A stretch of DNA of 64,000 nucleotides from Dictyostelium discoideum (GCA_000004695.1 CM000153.2:4128001-4192000); one strand, 5' to 3'; shown: positions 1-12,672, numbered from the stretch's first letter. Translations and numbers: made by a program. The notes: a model not told the origin generated them from the letters alone.

Positions 1-1789
1 TCTCTTTAAGGTTATTAAATTCTCAATAATTATTGATTAATTTTTAACAGTTTTTTTAAAAAGAAAATAAAAAAAAGGCATCAAAATAAAAAAATAAAAA
101 TAAAAGTCGATGTTAAATAAAATAAAAAAAAGATATATCTCAGATGTGAAAATAAAAAAAAAAAAAAAAAAAAAAAAAAATTATTTTAATAATTTTTTTT
201 ATAAAAAGTGGATAAATTTTTAATTAATTGAAATTATTTCCAACTTTATAACTGATTATTATTATAAACAATGAAAGAAATAAAATTTAAAGGAGGTTGG
301 TTATTTATTATTATTTTTATTTATTTATTTTTTTTTTTTAAAAACAACTATATATTTGTTTAAATATATAACTAAAAATAGTTCAAAATGATAGTTTGAT
401 TAATTCTATTTATATCATTTTTTTTTATGATTAAAAAAAAATTTAACATAATTTATAATAATATTATTGAAATATATTAAAATAATATACGAAAAAAAAA
501 AAAAAAAAAAAAAAAATAATAAATAATAAAAAAAAAAAAAAATTAATTTAACACTATTATAACAACAACAAAAAAAAAAAAAAAAAAAAAAAACGGTTTA
601 TTTCAAACAATTATTTCAACAATAATTAAATTAACCCAATCAACTGGTGGTTCATCAAATTATTTGGATTTTTAATTTTAATTAAATTTTTATTTTTTTT
701 TTTATTTTTTTTTTTTTTAATTCAAATTGGATTTTCAAAATAAATTTAATTTTAATTTAATTTTATTTTTAAAACATTTCAATTTATTTATTTTTATAAA
801 TTTATTTTCTTTGTTTATCTCACAAATATTTATAAAAAACAAAACCCAAAAAAAGTAAAAAATTTTAATAATTGTTTATTTCATTTTTTATTTTTAATTG
901 TTTTTTTTTTTTTTTTTTATTTTAATTTTTTTTTTTTTTTTAATAAAATTATAAAACAGATTAATCTTTGTTCGTTGTTAGTTTTTTTTTTCCCAAAAAA
1001 AATTTTAAATTGCTAATTAAAATTTTTTATTCTTTCATTTTATTATTTTCAAAACAATTGTATACTAGTAATAATATTAATAATAATAATAACAACAACT
1101 ATATTTTTTTTATATTTTTTTCTCGACAATCTTAGATTTCAAATTTCCAATTATATTAAAATTAATTTAAAGCAATAATAATAGATCATTAATAATTTTA
1201 TTTTCTATTTGTTTGTTGATAATTATAAAAACAAATACACATAATAACCAATTATTTAAATTTAATATTTTTTTTTTAAAAAAAAAATAAAAAAAAAAAA
1301 AAAAAAACTTTTAAACAAATAAATTGTTGTTTTAATTTTATTAATATTAATAACATATTCATTAAAATAATAGCAAACAAATTTTATTTATTTATTTATT
1401 TATTTTTTTTTTTTTCATACCAACAACCAATTAACAACATTTTTTTAATTACCAAAGAGAAAATAAAATAATAATATACAAATATTTAAATAATAACAAA
1501 TATATATTTATCACACACAAACCAATATTTTTTTTTTTTTTAAAAAAATTTTTAATTTTTTAATTTAAATTACTACAATACATATCATTTTTTTTTTTTT
1601 TTTTTCATTTTTTTTTTTTTATTAACACACCACCCAGGTAATTATTTTTAGACACACTCATACAAATTCATTATAAATTACTATAAAAAAAATCAATAAT
1701 CTATACTTATTTATTGGTTATTTAGGCAAATTAATTAATTTAAACCTCTGGGGTTAATTTTTTTAAAAAAAAAAAAATTAAAAAAAACC

Positions 1790-1822
<33 letters not shown>

Positions 1823-2108
1823 AAAAAAAATTAAACCATTATTAATTAAATAATAAACAATAAATAAATAAATATAATAAAATAAATAATCAACCACAAT
1901 TTCAAACATTTTCATTTATTAAAAATTACAATAACTCTTATCTTTTTGTATAAAATTAAATAATTTAATAACTTAAAAATATATTTATAAATAAACAGAA
2001 TTCATATAAATAAATTATTTTAAATTAAATATAAATTAATAAATTAATTATTTTTTTATTTCAAAAAAAAAAAGAAATATTTAAAAATAATAATAATAAT
2101 TATAATAA

Positions 2109-3316
2109 ATGGATGAATGTACACAAATTTCAAATGTACCAGATCAAGAATCAATTGAAAAGGTTGTAACACAAATTTCACCTCATCAAAAAACAATGGA
2201 CCCATCTTCAGTGGGCTTTGTTTATCATTGGATGTTTTCAATGATGGCATCAGCATTAAACCTCAATAAATTACCAAACATAAATAATGAAAATAATTTA
2301 ATAATCGATAATAATAATAGTAATAGTATTAATAATAATAATATTTTAAAAAATAAAAAAATAAAATCAGAAAATGACAGTAATAATAATAATAATAATA
2401 TTAATGAAAATAGTACAAATAAAGATGGTGAAAGTTGCATTCAATCTTTAAATGAAATCATTTTATCATCACCAGAGTGTTCATCATCATCATCCTCCTC
2501 CTCATCATTATCATCATCATTAAATATTGAAGAATCCGAAAAAATTAAAAATTGTGTAGATGATTGTGACCATAATCAACATCAAAATGAAAAACAAGAA
2601 AAATGTATTAACCAAGATAATAATCAAAATAATAATAATAATAATACTAGTACAATTCAACATTTTAATGAAATTAACTCTTTAAATATTCAAAATTTAA
2701 ATCAACCAAAGAAAACATTAATTTTAGATTTGGATGAAACTTTAGTTCATTCAACATTAAAACCAGTAACACATCATCAAATTACAGTTAAAGTTTTAAT
2801 TGAAGATATGGATTGTACATTTTATGTTATTAAAAGACCACATGTTGATTACTTTTTGGAAAAGGTTTCACAATGGTACGATATAGTAATTTTCACTGCC
2901 AGTATGCAACAATATGCCGATCCATTACTCGATCAATTAGATACTCATAAAGTTTTCAAAAAAAGATTATTTAGAGATGTATGTATTAATTAATTATAAT
3001 TTTTTTTAAAAATGAATTTTATTTTAACTCTTTATTTTTTTATTTTTTTTATTTTTAGTCTTGTTTAGAAAAACATGGAAATTTCGTAAAAGATTTATCG
3101 ATGATTGATCAAGATTTAACTTCAACTATTATTATTGATAATTCACCAATTGCATACTCGAATAACCTTGAAAATGCTTTACCAATTGATAATTGGATGG
3201 GTGATAATCCATCTGATACTTCTTTGTTATCATTGTTACCATTCTTGGAAATGATTAGACATGTTCAAGATGTTAGAAGTATCCTCTCTTTGAGGTTAAT
3301 TAATAATATGCAATAA
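2109..3316 (+). CDS. CTD small phosphatase-like protein (FCP1-homology/NIF domain). Two exons: join(2109..2978,3059..3316).
   Basis: Seen: ORF 2109..2993 contains the DxDxT phosphatase motif 'LILDLDETLVHS' and 'YVIKRPHVDYFLEKVSQWYDIVIFTAS'. A GTATGT donor sits at 2979, and a T-rich intron ends at AG 3057-3058. Exon 2, 'SCLEKHGNFVKDLSMIDQDLTSTIIIDNSPIAYS...NWMGDNPSDTSLLSLLPFLE', reads in phase and completes the NIF domain (FRD|SCL resembles SCP1 FRESCV). The N-terminus carries a poly-N/S low-complexity insert. Inference: family assignment rests on the SCP1/NIF motifs. Confidence 0.8.
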
Positions 3317-3444
3317 AATAAAAATAATAAAATAATAAAAAATAATAAAAATATAATTATATAAAGTATTAATAATAATGATAAAAATAATAATAATAAT
3401 AATAATAATAATTCTTTTTTTTAATTTATTTATTTATTTATCTA

Positions 3445-3477
<33 letters not shown>

Positions 3478-4036
3478 TTAAATAAAAACTTTTTTATTGA
3501 TCATCACACTTCTTACGGTTGCTTTTTTTTGTTGTGTTTTTATTTATAAAATATAAAAGATTGGATAATGTGTCATTCTTTGACATTTTTCGTTTAATGA
3601 TCAATATTTCTTTTAATATTAAAAAATAACATTTATCTTTTTTTTATTTAATTTATTTATTTATTTATTTTTAATTTATTAATATTTTTTATTTAGGGGT
3701 ACCTTTCATTTGAATTAAAATAAAATGAAACCCTTTTCCAAATTTGGTAATTGTCCAAAACTAAAAACTAAAATATAAAAATTGGGAAAATTTCATTGAT
3801 TAAAAGCTGTTATATTTTTAAAAATGAAATATTAGATTTGTAATTAAAAAAGCATAATACTAAATTGAATATTAAGTTTTAAGGAAAAAAAAAAAAAAAA
3901 AAAAAAAAAAAATGAAAAAAAAAAAAAAAAAAAAAAAATGAAAAATTGAAAAAATTTTGGTTTATTGCATAACTTTAAAATAAAAAACTATAATTAGTTG
4001 AACGTTTAAAAAGATAAACGAGTTTTTTTGTACATA

Positions 4037-4572
4037 ATGTCTTCAACTAAAGCACCAGTTCCACCAACACAAGCTGAAATTCAACAAATTCAAGATCAAT
4101 TAATAAAAGCAAGAGATGCATTTCAAGTTCATGAAACAGGTAATGATTGTTTAATAATAGTGTATTTTAGGAAATACCAAATATTTGATGTGTGATCGCT
4201 ATAACAACAATTGTTATTGTTTATATTCAACAATTAATATATATCAATATATTTCACACAGTTAACTAATATATAGAATATATTTATATTAAATTTAATA
4301 TATATAGAATTACAAAAACTTTCAGCATCAAGATCTAAACTTTTAACTCAATTAAATGAAAATGAAATGGTAAAAAAAGAATTTGATTTATTAGAAAGTG
4401 AAGCTAAAATTTATAAACTTAATGGACCAGTACTTTTTAAACAAACAAAAGAAGAAGCAGAAAATACTATTACTTCTCGTTTAGATATTATAAATAATAA
4501 TTTGTAAGAATCAAATTTATCATATATATATATATACTTTTTTCTTAACTTTTAACACTGACATTATTATTA

Positions 4573-4641
<69 letters not shown>

Positions 4642-4766
4642 GAAAAACAATTGAAACTAATTTTAAAGATATTGAAAAGAAAGCAATGGAACAAAGAAAT
4701 AAAATTTTTGAATATCAAAATAAAATTAGAAGTTTAACAGCACCACCACCACCACAAGCACAATAA
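4037..4766 (+). CDS. pfdn6: Prefoldin subunit 6. Three exons: join(4037..4139,4308..4503,4643..4766).
   Basis: Seen: ATG at 4037, GTAATG donor at 4140 and AG acceptor at 4306-07. Exon 2, 'ELQKLSASRSKLLTQLNENEMVKKEFDLLESEAKIYKLNGPVLFKQTKEEAENTITSRLDIINNN', matches the prefoldin-beta motif and is 'LLGPVLVKQ'-like. A GTAAGA donor lies at 4504; intron 2 holds a (TTA)n microsatellite at 4575-4640. Exon 3 is 'KTIETNFKDIEKKAMEQRNKIFEYQNKIRSLTAPPPPQAQ*'. I checked the phases by hand. Confidence 0.85.
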
Positions 4767-4916
4767 AAGTAATAAAAAATATATATAAAAACAAACAAAA
4801 AAAAAAAAGATTATTATTTTAATTATACAATTTTAAAATTGTGGTTGTTTTTGATTTTGATTTTGGTTTTATTTTTTTATTTTTATTTTTTTTATTTTTT
4901 TATTTTTTTTTAATTT

Positions 4917-6165
4917 TTATTCTAAATCAGATTTAATAATATCTAATTTTGTAAATTGTTCAAAATATTTTTGAATTAAATTAATACCATGAGTGATATC
5001 AGCAACACCACAAGTTTCACGAATTGAATGCATTGATAATTGTGGATTACCAATATCTACAGTTCTAATACCATAAGTACCAGAAATGATTGGACCAATT
5101 GTTGAACCACATGGTGAATCATTTTTGACGAGGAATTCTTGAATTGGGATACCATTCTTTTTACAGATATCCAAGATAACAAAACTAGTTGGACCATTTG
5201 AAGCATAACGTAAATTTGCATTATATTTGATTACTGGACCTTTATTAAGAGCTGGTCTATGAAGTGGTTCATGATTTGCTGTGTAATTTGGATGAATAGC
5301 ATGTGCCATATCAGCAGAGATTAAGAAACTATTTCTTAAAGTTAAATCAATGAAATTGTTTAATTCATGTGGTTTACAAGTGGATGCAAACATTGAGCTA
5401 TTGACACGACTAATGGTATCATTGATCAATGGTGCACATGCACCTTGTGGTGAACTTGAGCCAACCTCTTCATTATCGAATAATATCACATTCAATACAT
5501 TCTCCTCTTGTGCCAATGTTGATTCTTTGACATTCAATAAACCAATCATTGCGCAATATGACATACCCAAATTATCACAACGTGGTGAGAAAATGAATTC
5601 ATCAAGTGCACCACCGATTGCAGCTGGTTGAGTATCGCAAACTGATAAATCAAAGTTTTGAATATCACCAACTGAACAACCCAATTCCTTACTTAACAAT
5701 TCCAAAAGTACTGCATGATGTTTAGTAGTACTTGAATTAACATCTTGTGGGTCACTTGTTTTTGGTGATTCAGTGGTGGTGGTGGTGGTGGTTGATTTAC
5801 TTTCTACTGGTTCTGATAATTTACTTGCAATCATTGGTACTAAATGATTTTGAGTATTATATTTAAATCCATCAGTGTTTACTGAACGATCGAGATGAAT
5901 TGCTAATGATGGAATTCTAAGAATTGGTTTCTTTATGTGAACTAATTTACTCTCATAACTACCATCACCTGATTTAACAATGACTCTACCTGCAACGGTT
6001 AAATCACGATCAAACCATGTATACCATAATCCACCACCATATGTTTCAACACCAACTTGTTGATATCCAACTGATTCAACTTTTGATACTGGTCTAACTT
6101 TAAAATTTGGACTATCAGTATGTGCTGCTGCAATATTAAAACCATTACCTGGTTTCTATTTATTA

Positions 6166-6222
<57 letters not shown>

Positions 6223-6488
6223 TTTATTTTTTTTTAAAATTTTTTTTTTTTTTTTAAAAAATAATTACATACATATTTACCACCAACTGCAAAAGCAGAA
6301 ATACATGATTGATTACGAGTAAAGAAATATTTTTTATTTGGTTGAATATCCCACATTTGTTTCTCTGATAAATGAATGAAACCTTTACTCTTTAAAATCT
6401 CTGAAAAGTATTGAACTGCATGATATGGTGATGGTGATTTATCAATAAATGAAATAAATTCCTTAGCTTGTGGTAAGTATTGTTCCAT
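4917..6488 (-). CDS. dnpep: Aspartyl aminopeptidase (peptidase M18, DNPEP-like). join(4917..6155,6273..6488) on the minus strand.
   Basis: Seen: the N-terminal exon 'MEQYLPQAKEFISFIDKSPSPYHAV...AFAVGGKY' ends at a GTATGT donor (plus-strand coordinates 6272..6267). The intron spans a poly(A/T) tract, and the acceptor AG lies at 6157..6156. Exon 2 begins 'KPGNGFNIAAAHTDSPNFKV...' and runs through '...HSIRETCGVADITHGINLIQKYF' to a stop at 4917. Established knowledge: these are M18 signature blocks (GNGF..AHTDSP, SPCGSTIGP). There is a Dictyostelium-style poly-T insert ('ESKSTTTTTTTESPKT'). Confidence 0.85.
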
Positions 6489-6649
6489 ATTTCTAATATT
6501 ACTTTTTGTTGAATAATTAAATTGAATTGACTATATTAAAAAAAAAAAAAAAAATAAAAAAATAAAAAAAAAAAAAGTTAAAATAAATTACTTTAATTTG
6601 TTTTAATTTGTTTAAAAAAAAAATAAAAAAATAAAAAATAAATAAATAC

Positions 6650-6760
6650 TCTTGATTTTGACACTAATGAAGTTTGGACGGGTAATTTAAAAAAAATTTT
6701 GAACATGTGATTTAAAAAAAATTAAAAAATTTTGGACATGTAATTTAAAAAAAATAAAAA
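6650..6760. promoter_or_regulatory. Direct repeats in the divergent intergenic region between dnpep (minus strand) and the sugar transporter (plus strand).
   Basis: Seen: near-identical copies of 'tttt(g)gaacatgtgatttaaaaaaaa' and 'ttttggacatgtaatttaaaaaaaa' occur at about 6680-6750. A second repeat pair, 'aatatctaattttgggttgcctttg' and 'aatatctaattttaatttgcctttt', occurs at about 7055-7130. Confidence 0.3.
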
Positions 6761-7482
6761 AAAAAATTAAAATTGGAAAATTAGAAAAAAAATAAAAAAA
6801 AATAAAAAAAATAAAAAAATAAAAATAAAAAAAAAATAAAAAAAAATAAAAAAAAAGTTGATGCTGGGAATTTATTTATAAAACTTGGAATCAATCCTAT
6901 GGAAAAGAATTAATCAGATATTAAAATAAGCATTAAAATTTTATTTAAATGAACTTAATCTTAATTTTTTTTTAATTTTTCTATTTTAATTTTTTAATTT
7001 TTTATTTTCATTTTTAAATTTATTTATTTTTTTTTAAAACAATAATATCTAATTTTGGGTTGCCTTTGTAATTTTATTTATTTTTTTTTTATCACAATAT
7101 CTAATTTTAATTTGCCTTTTTTAAAATAGGTGATCTTTAAATTAATTTTTTTTTTTAAAAAATAAAGTATAAAATATTTTTTATGAGTTTTTTTATTTTT
7201 TTATTTTTTTTTTATTTTTTTATTTTTTTATTTTTTTATTTTTATTTTTATTTTTATTTTTTTTTTCATCATTGTCCTAATTTTGTATTGCAGTACAAAC
7301 AAATAATAAAAAAATAAAAAAATAATGTATGAATTCTCTCTCTTTTTTTTTTTTTTTTTTTTTCATTTTTTTCAAAGTTTCTAATAAATTAACACTATAA
7401 TAATAATAATTATAATAATAATAATTATAATAATAATAATAATAATAATAATATAATAATAATAATAATAATAATTATAAAG

Positions 7483-8835
7483 GGATCCAATTAGTGAAAG
7501 ACAATCACTAATACCAAACTCTGGTAAGGGTAAAAATAGTGGTGGTATACCATCAGAACCAATATCAGCATCACAATCAACTAGATCATCAATTATTAAA
7601 TTATCATTAGTCAACATATCAGGTGGTTTAATTTTTGGATATAATACAGGTGTAATCTCACCAGTGTTAACATTGTTACCATTCACCAATTATACAGAGA
7701 TCAATCGTGGTTTACTAACATGTTCAATTTTAGTTGGTGCAATGATTGGTTCAATCGTTGGTGGTATCATTAGTGAAAGATTAGGTAGAAAATTATCAAT
7801 GCTAGTCATTTCAATCCTAACTCTCATCGGTACAATTGGTTCATCATTAGTACCACCAATGTGGTGGACTATGGCTTTTAGAGCTATCTTGGGTATTGGT
7901 GTTGGTATGTCTGCTATAGTTTGTCCAACTTATGTAGGTGAAATGTCACCAATGGAAAAAAAAGGAACATTAGGTACAATTTTTCAGGTATCTATTAAAA
8001 TTATATTATTTATTATTATTTTCATAACTATAATTTTATTAACCATATATATATTTTATATAATAGCTTGCAATTACATTTGGTATTTTCATAAGTAATG
8101 TATTTGGATTTGCACTTAAAAATGAAAAATATAATTTTAGAATATTGTTTGCAATTGGTGCAGCACCAGGAATATTCCTTTTAATTACATTCTTTTTCAT
8201 TCAAGAATCAACTAAATGGTTAAATAGAGTACAAGCAAAGAAATCAAATACAACTACTCTTTTAATTAATGTAATTATTTATTTATTATTTCCCCCTCTC
8301 CCTCCATCATTCTTTTTTTATATTTTTTTTTTATATAATTATTATTTTTTACTAATTTTTTATTATTTATAATTATTTTTTATAGCAAAAGAAAATTAAT
8401 AATAAAGTTGGAATTAAAGGTATTTTAACAAAACCAATTGGAAGATTTTCATTATTTATTGGTGTTATTTTAGCAGTTAATAATCAATTGACAGGTATAA
8501 ATGCATTTATGTTTTTCTCGCCATCAATTTTTGCAGCAGCTGGTATTAAGAATGGTAATGATCCAATGATTGCAACAATTTTATTGATGGCTTGGAATGT
8601 TGTTACAACTTTTATTGCAACTTTCTTAATCGATAGATTGGGTAGAAGAAAATTAATGTTGGTTGGTACATTGGTTATGACTTTATCTTGTATAGTATCT
8701 GCTATCTTAAATCTTACAATCAGTGGCACAACATTGGGTGTATTATCTGTAGTTTTCTTATTCATGTTTGTTGCAGCTTTTGAAGGTTCTGCAGGTCCAT
8801 TGGTAAGTCAAAAAAAAAAAAAAAAAAAAAATTTA

Positions 8836-8881
<46 letters not shown>

Positions 8882-9154
8882 AGTATATTAATATTTTATT
8901 TTTGTTATTAGTTTTGGATATTAGTTATAGAAATTTTCCCAGAAGATATTAGAGATGTTGGATCAACAATTTTAAATTCAGTTCAATGGAGTTTTAATAT
9001 TGCATTATCATTTAGTTTCCTTTCATTAGCAAATCTTATTGGAAATAATACATTTTTCATTTTTGGTGGATTTGGTATAATTTGTTTAGTCATTATGTAT
9101 ATCTATTTACCAGAAACAAAGAATGATGACGACGATGATGAAGATGAACAATAA
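7483..9154 (+). CDS. MFS sugar transporter (GLUT/HXT-like), 5' exon unresolved. Exons resolved: 7483..7987 (phase-2 start), 8067..8270, 8386..8802, 8912..9154.
   Basis: Seen: TM1 'GGLIFGYNTGVISPV' and a 'GRKLSMLVISILTLIGT' block. Exon A ends 'GTLGTIFQ' at a GTATCT donor (7988). Exon B, 'LAITFGIFISNVFGF...QESTKWLNRVQAKKSNTTTLLIN', ends at a GTAATT donor (8271). Exon C, 'QKKINNKVGIKG...GINAFMFFSPSIF...LIDRLGRRKLML...AAFEGSAGPL', ends at a GTAAGT donor (8803). Exon D is 'FWILVIEIFPEDIRDVG...LPETKNDDDDDEDEQ*'. The reading frame is closed by TAA at 7478, and no in-frame ATG is present, so a short 5' exon carrying the start codon is missing from my model. ATG 7325 is one possibility, but I could not support it with a donor site. 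Confidence 0.7.
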
Positions 9155-9164
9155 TCGAATCAAA

Positions 9165-9225
<61 letters not shown>

Positions 9226-9344
9226 TTACTTGTATTTTATTTTCTATATAATTTATAGATATATAATATCATAATATCAATCATTCATAATATCAATCAC
9301 TCATAATATCAAAATCAAATAGAATTAATAATTAAATTAATTAC

Positions 9345-9377
<33 letters not shown>

Positions 9378-9386
9378 TTATATTTA

Positions 9387-9420
<34 letters not shown>

Positions 9421-9732
9421 GTAATAATAAATTACCAAACAATCAGTAGAGTCGATACCAATCCAGATTCACACTTTTTTTTTATTTTTATTTTTTTTTA
9501 AAATTAATATGTGACAACCCATTTTTTTTTTTTTTTTTTTTTTCTTAAAAATTTAAGGTTAATTGATTATAACATTTTCTTTTTTTAAGTTTTTTTGTTT
9601 TTTTTTTTTTAAATTTTTAATTTTTTTTTTATAATTGTATAAATTCAAAATTAGGAAATAATTATTTTGTTTTAATAAATAAATAATTAAATAAATAAAA
9701 TAAATAATAAAATATATTAAATATAATAAATA

Positions 9733-12501
9733 ATGGAAGACTTGAAAAAAGAATTAGATAAATTATCAGGACTTGGAAATCAAGTTGAAAATGATGAAAT
9801 ATTTGTTGATAATGTTTCAAATAGTAAAATTTTAACATACAGTTGGGAAGAATTTTATAGTAAATGTAAACAATTTGAAAATGGTGAAGAATTATTATTA
9901 TTATTATTAACATGGGTTGAAATAATAATTAAATTTCAATCAATAATATCAAAGGACAATAATAATATTAATCAATTAAAATTACATAATTCTTGGTTTG
10001 AAAAAAAAAGATTTATTTTAAATAAATTATCAATTTTATCAACATCTGGTAATACATTAATTCAATTTTGTAAAATTTTAAATATTACATCAAATGATTT
10101 AAATAATACTAAAAATGAAGATGAAAATCAAGATGAAAATGAAATTTCAATATCACATTTAATAATTGAATTATCAAAAATGAATAATGAAATTAAAATT
10201 GATCAAATTAAACAACTTTTTAAATTTGGTCTAAATGTTAATCAAATTTATAAATTTAAAACACCATTGGATTGTGCCGCAGAACAAAAGAATATTGAAT
10301 TATTTAAAGAATTGATTGAATTGGGTTGTGGTGAATTTTCATCACATTGTATAATAAATAAATTATTTTATAAACAATTATCGTATGAACAAAAAGTTGA
10401 ATTAAAACCATACATGATGAAATTGTTTAATAGAAATCCAAAACTATCATTCAGAATTTGTTTTGACCAATTATTCCCATCAGAGAAAAATGTGAATGAA
10501 ATTTCATATAAATTTGAAACTTCAACAATGGGTCAAAGATATATAAGTGATGAAATATTTCAAAAGATTTTTCAATTTGGTATAGATTTTAAAAATCAAC
10601 CATCAAATTACTCACGTAGACCAGTTGCATCAGTTGAAGATGAAGTATTGGGGTTAAAATTATATGTTGAATTTGAGCCTGTTGCACCATCAATGACAAA
10701 GGCCTCAACAAGATTCTCACAACATTTATTGCAAATCGATAATTTACCAGATACAGAATTCTCTATAATCACTTTAAATAATGGTACAACCTATCCTTTA
10801 TTAATAATGCAAAATGTTTATAATGCTGAAAGTTTATTAAAATTATTACAATCAAAAACACAAAATGATTTACAAAAAATTGAAAATATTGACCCATTAA
10901 GTATCTCAAAATTAATTACATCAACAATTTTAATAAATCCAAGTGGTGGTTCATTATCTGATTATTTAATTTCACCAATTTTAAAAAATGATCAACAGCA
11001 ACAAAAGTATAATATTATACCAATTAATACAGATCAACCATTTGTTGAATCATCAAATGTTAGTATTGGTTTGTTCTTTTTAAATCAAATGAATGATCAA
11101 GTTCATCCACATTTAATTAAATTAATTAAATCAATTGATATACATCAATTTTTAACAGAATGGAGATTAACATTAAAACAACTTCATGAATTTTCAGTTG
11201 ATTTAATTTATAATAAAAATATTGAAAAATTAAATAATGGTATTGATGGTGGCAGTGGTGGTGGTGGTAATGGTGGTGATAATGGTGATTTAACAAAATT
11301 AAGATATGCTGGTATTATACCTGGTACTATTTTAACAATGTATTCAAAATTAATTACATTAAAGAATGAATTATTAAAAGAAAGAAAAAAACCAATAACT
11401 CATTGGAAATTATTATCAATTTTAGAACCAAAAGTTGCAGCTCGTTATTCCCAATTCATTATTGAACAACAAATTTCAACCAATTCTTCAATTATTCAAA
11501 GTTATCAAAATTTTAATCAAAAATCAATTTTTTCAATTTTTACTGAAACTTTTAAATTTAACAATCAACAACAACAACAACCATTGGAAATTGATGTAAA
11601 TCGTGAAATTGAAAATGAAGAATTAATATTTTTAAAATTTATTAATACAAAACATATAATTAATGAAGATATTTTAAAAATTTCAAAATTAACACCAGCA
11701 ACAATTCAAAAAATTATAAAAACTTTAGATTTTTCAAATTATGATAATAAAATTATAAATTGTTTATTTAAAAATATTTTACAACAAAATGGTTCAATTA
11801 AAGAATTATTTATAAAGAATTGTAAATCGTTAACTTTTGAAACATTAAAATCATTTTCAATATTTCAAGAGTTATATATTGGATCAATTAGAAAATTATC
11901 AATTATTGGGTGTTCAAAAATTTATGAAATCTCTGAAAAAGGTGTTTTTAATAGTTTATTTGGTACAACTAAACAATTAACAATGAATTCATTAGTTAAA
12001 TTAGAAGTTGATAGATGTAGTAGTTTAACCACTTTAAAATTAAATACACCAAATTTATTAACTCTTAGTGCAATTGATTGCTCCCAATTAAGGGTTTTTG
12101 ATGTTTTTGCACCAAAATTAAAAAAATTAAGAATTCAAGCTAATAAAGTTGGTTTAGAAACTTTTAATGTAATTTCAACATTTTCAAATTTAGAGTATTT
12201 AGATATTAGTAGAATTGTATCACCATCAACAAATGATTCAATCATTTCATTAGATTTGGATTTATGGAAGAATATTGAAATTTTAATATCAAAAGATGTT
12301 TTATCAATTGATAAAGTTATCATATCAAAATTAGAAAAATTAAAAACTTTAGATTTTACTGGTTGTTCTTCATTAAGAGAATTTGAAATTAAAAATGAAA
12401 CAATAATTATCAATAATTGTCCAAATTTAAAAACTTTATCTTTAAAAGGTACATTGATTAATAATGATCAAAAATATCATTTATTACAAACAATTTCCTA
12501 A
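9733..12501 (+). CDS. Large (922 aa) protein with ankyrin-like N-terminal repeats and C-terminal cysteine-containing leucine-rich repeats (F-box/LRR-like). This is paralog A of a tandem pair.
   Basis: Seen: one uninterrupted ORF. Motifs shared with the downstream paralog are 'PSGGSLSDY', 'IPINTDQPF' and 'KKRKKPITHWKLLSILEP'. The C-terminus has 'NCKSLTFETL..IIGCSKIYEIS..VDRCSSLTTLKLNTPNLLTLSAIDCSQLRVFDV...YLDISRIVSP..DFTGCSSLREFEI..NNCPNLKTLSLKG', the LRR_cc pattern. Family and function are inferred and otherwise unknown. Confidence 0.8.
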   Translation: MEDLKKELDKLSGLGNQVENDEIFVDNVSNSKILTYSWEEFYSKCKQFENGEELLLLLLTWVEIIIKFQSIISKDNNNINQLKLHNSWFEKKRFILNKLSILSTSGNTLIQFCKILNITSNDLNNTKNEDENQDENEISISHLIIELSKMNNEIKIDQIKQLFKFGLNVNQIYKFKTPLDCAAEQKNIELFKELIELGCGEFSSHCIINKLFYKQLSYEQKVELKPYMMKLFNRNPKLSFRICFDQLFPSEKNVNEISYKFETSTMGQRYISDEIFQKIFQFGIDFKNQPSNYSRRPVASVEDEVLGLKLYVEFEPVAPSMTKASTRFSQHLLQIDNLPDTEFSIITLNNGTTYPLLIMQNVYNAESLLKLLQSKTQNDLQKIENIDPLSISKLITSTILINPSGGSLSDYLISPILKNDQQQQKYNIIPINTDQPFVESSNVSIGLFFLNQMNDQVHPHLIKLIKSIDIHQFLTEWRLTLKQLHEFSVDLIYNKNIEKLNNGIDGGSGGGGNGGDNGDLTKLRYAGIIPGTILTMYSKLITLKNELLKERKKPITHWKLLSILEPKVAARYSQFIIEQQISTNSSIIQSYQNFNQKSIFSIFTETFKFNNQQQQQPLEIDVNREIENEELIFLKFINTKHIINEDILKISKLTPATIQKIIKTLDFSNYDNKIINCLFKNILQQNGSIKELFIKNCKSLTFETLKSFSIFQELYIGSIRKLSIIGCSKIYEISEKGVFNSLFGTTKQLTMNSLVKLEVDRCSSLTTLKLNTPNLLTLSAIDCSQLRVFDVFAPKLKKLRIQANKVGLETFNVISTFSNLEYLDISRIVSPSTNDSIISLDLDLWKNIEILISKDVLSIDKVIISKLEKLKTLDFTGCSSLREFEIKNETIIINNCPNLKTLSLKGTLINNDQKYHLLQTIS

Positions 12502-12636
12502 AAAATAAATAAAATAAAATAAAATAAAATAAAATAAAATAAAATTTCTTTTTTTTAAAATAAATAAATATAAATTCTTAATTATTATTATTATTTTTTT
12601 TTTTTATGAGATTTATTTAAAGACATAATATTTTTA

Positions 12637-12672
12637 AAAAAATCCCACTTAATATTTTAAGTGGGATTTTTT
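12637..12672. other. Perfect inverted repeat (hairpin) in the 3' flank of paralog A.
   Basis: Seen: 'aaaaatcccactta' + 'atattt' + 'taagtgggattttt'. This gives a 12-14 bp perfect stem with a 6-nt loop, about 140 bp after the paralog A stop codon. Confidence 0.5.

Noticed and set aside
1-2100. First 2.1 kb: I searched both strands for genes.
   Set aside because: It is >85% A+T with long A/T homopolymers and no ORF of meaningful length or composition. I treat it as intergenic or promoter DNA of the phosphatase gene.
2056-2440. Minus-strand ORFs 2056..2256 and 2225..2440.
   Set aside because: They are antisense to the low-complexity poly-N/K region of the phosphatase gene, and their composition is homopolymeric ('IIIIIII', 'LLLLLL'). 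They are artefacts of AT-rich repeats.
7381-7689. Minus-strand 102-aa ORF ending in poly-Tyr/Ile.
   Set aside because: It is produced by the (ATA/ATAATA)n tract and the antisense of the transporter's first coding exon. It has no start context and no motifs.
8145-8765. ORFs 8145..8372 +, 8484..8765 - and 8488..8952 +.
   Set aside because: The plus-strand ones are transporter exons read through introns, so their tails are intron translations ('FPPLPPSFFFY', 'KKKKKK'). The minus-strand one is antisense to exon C.
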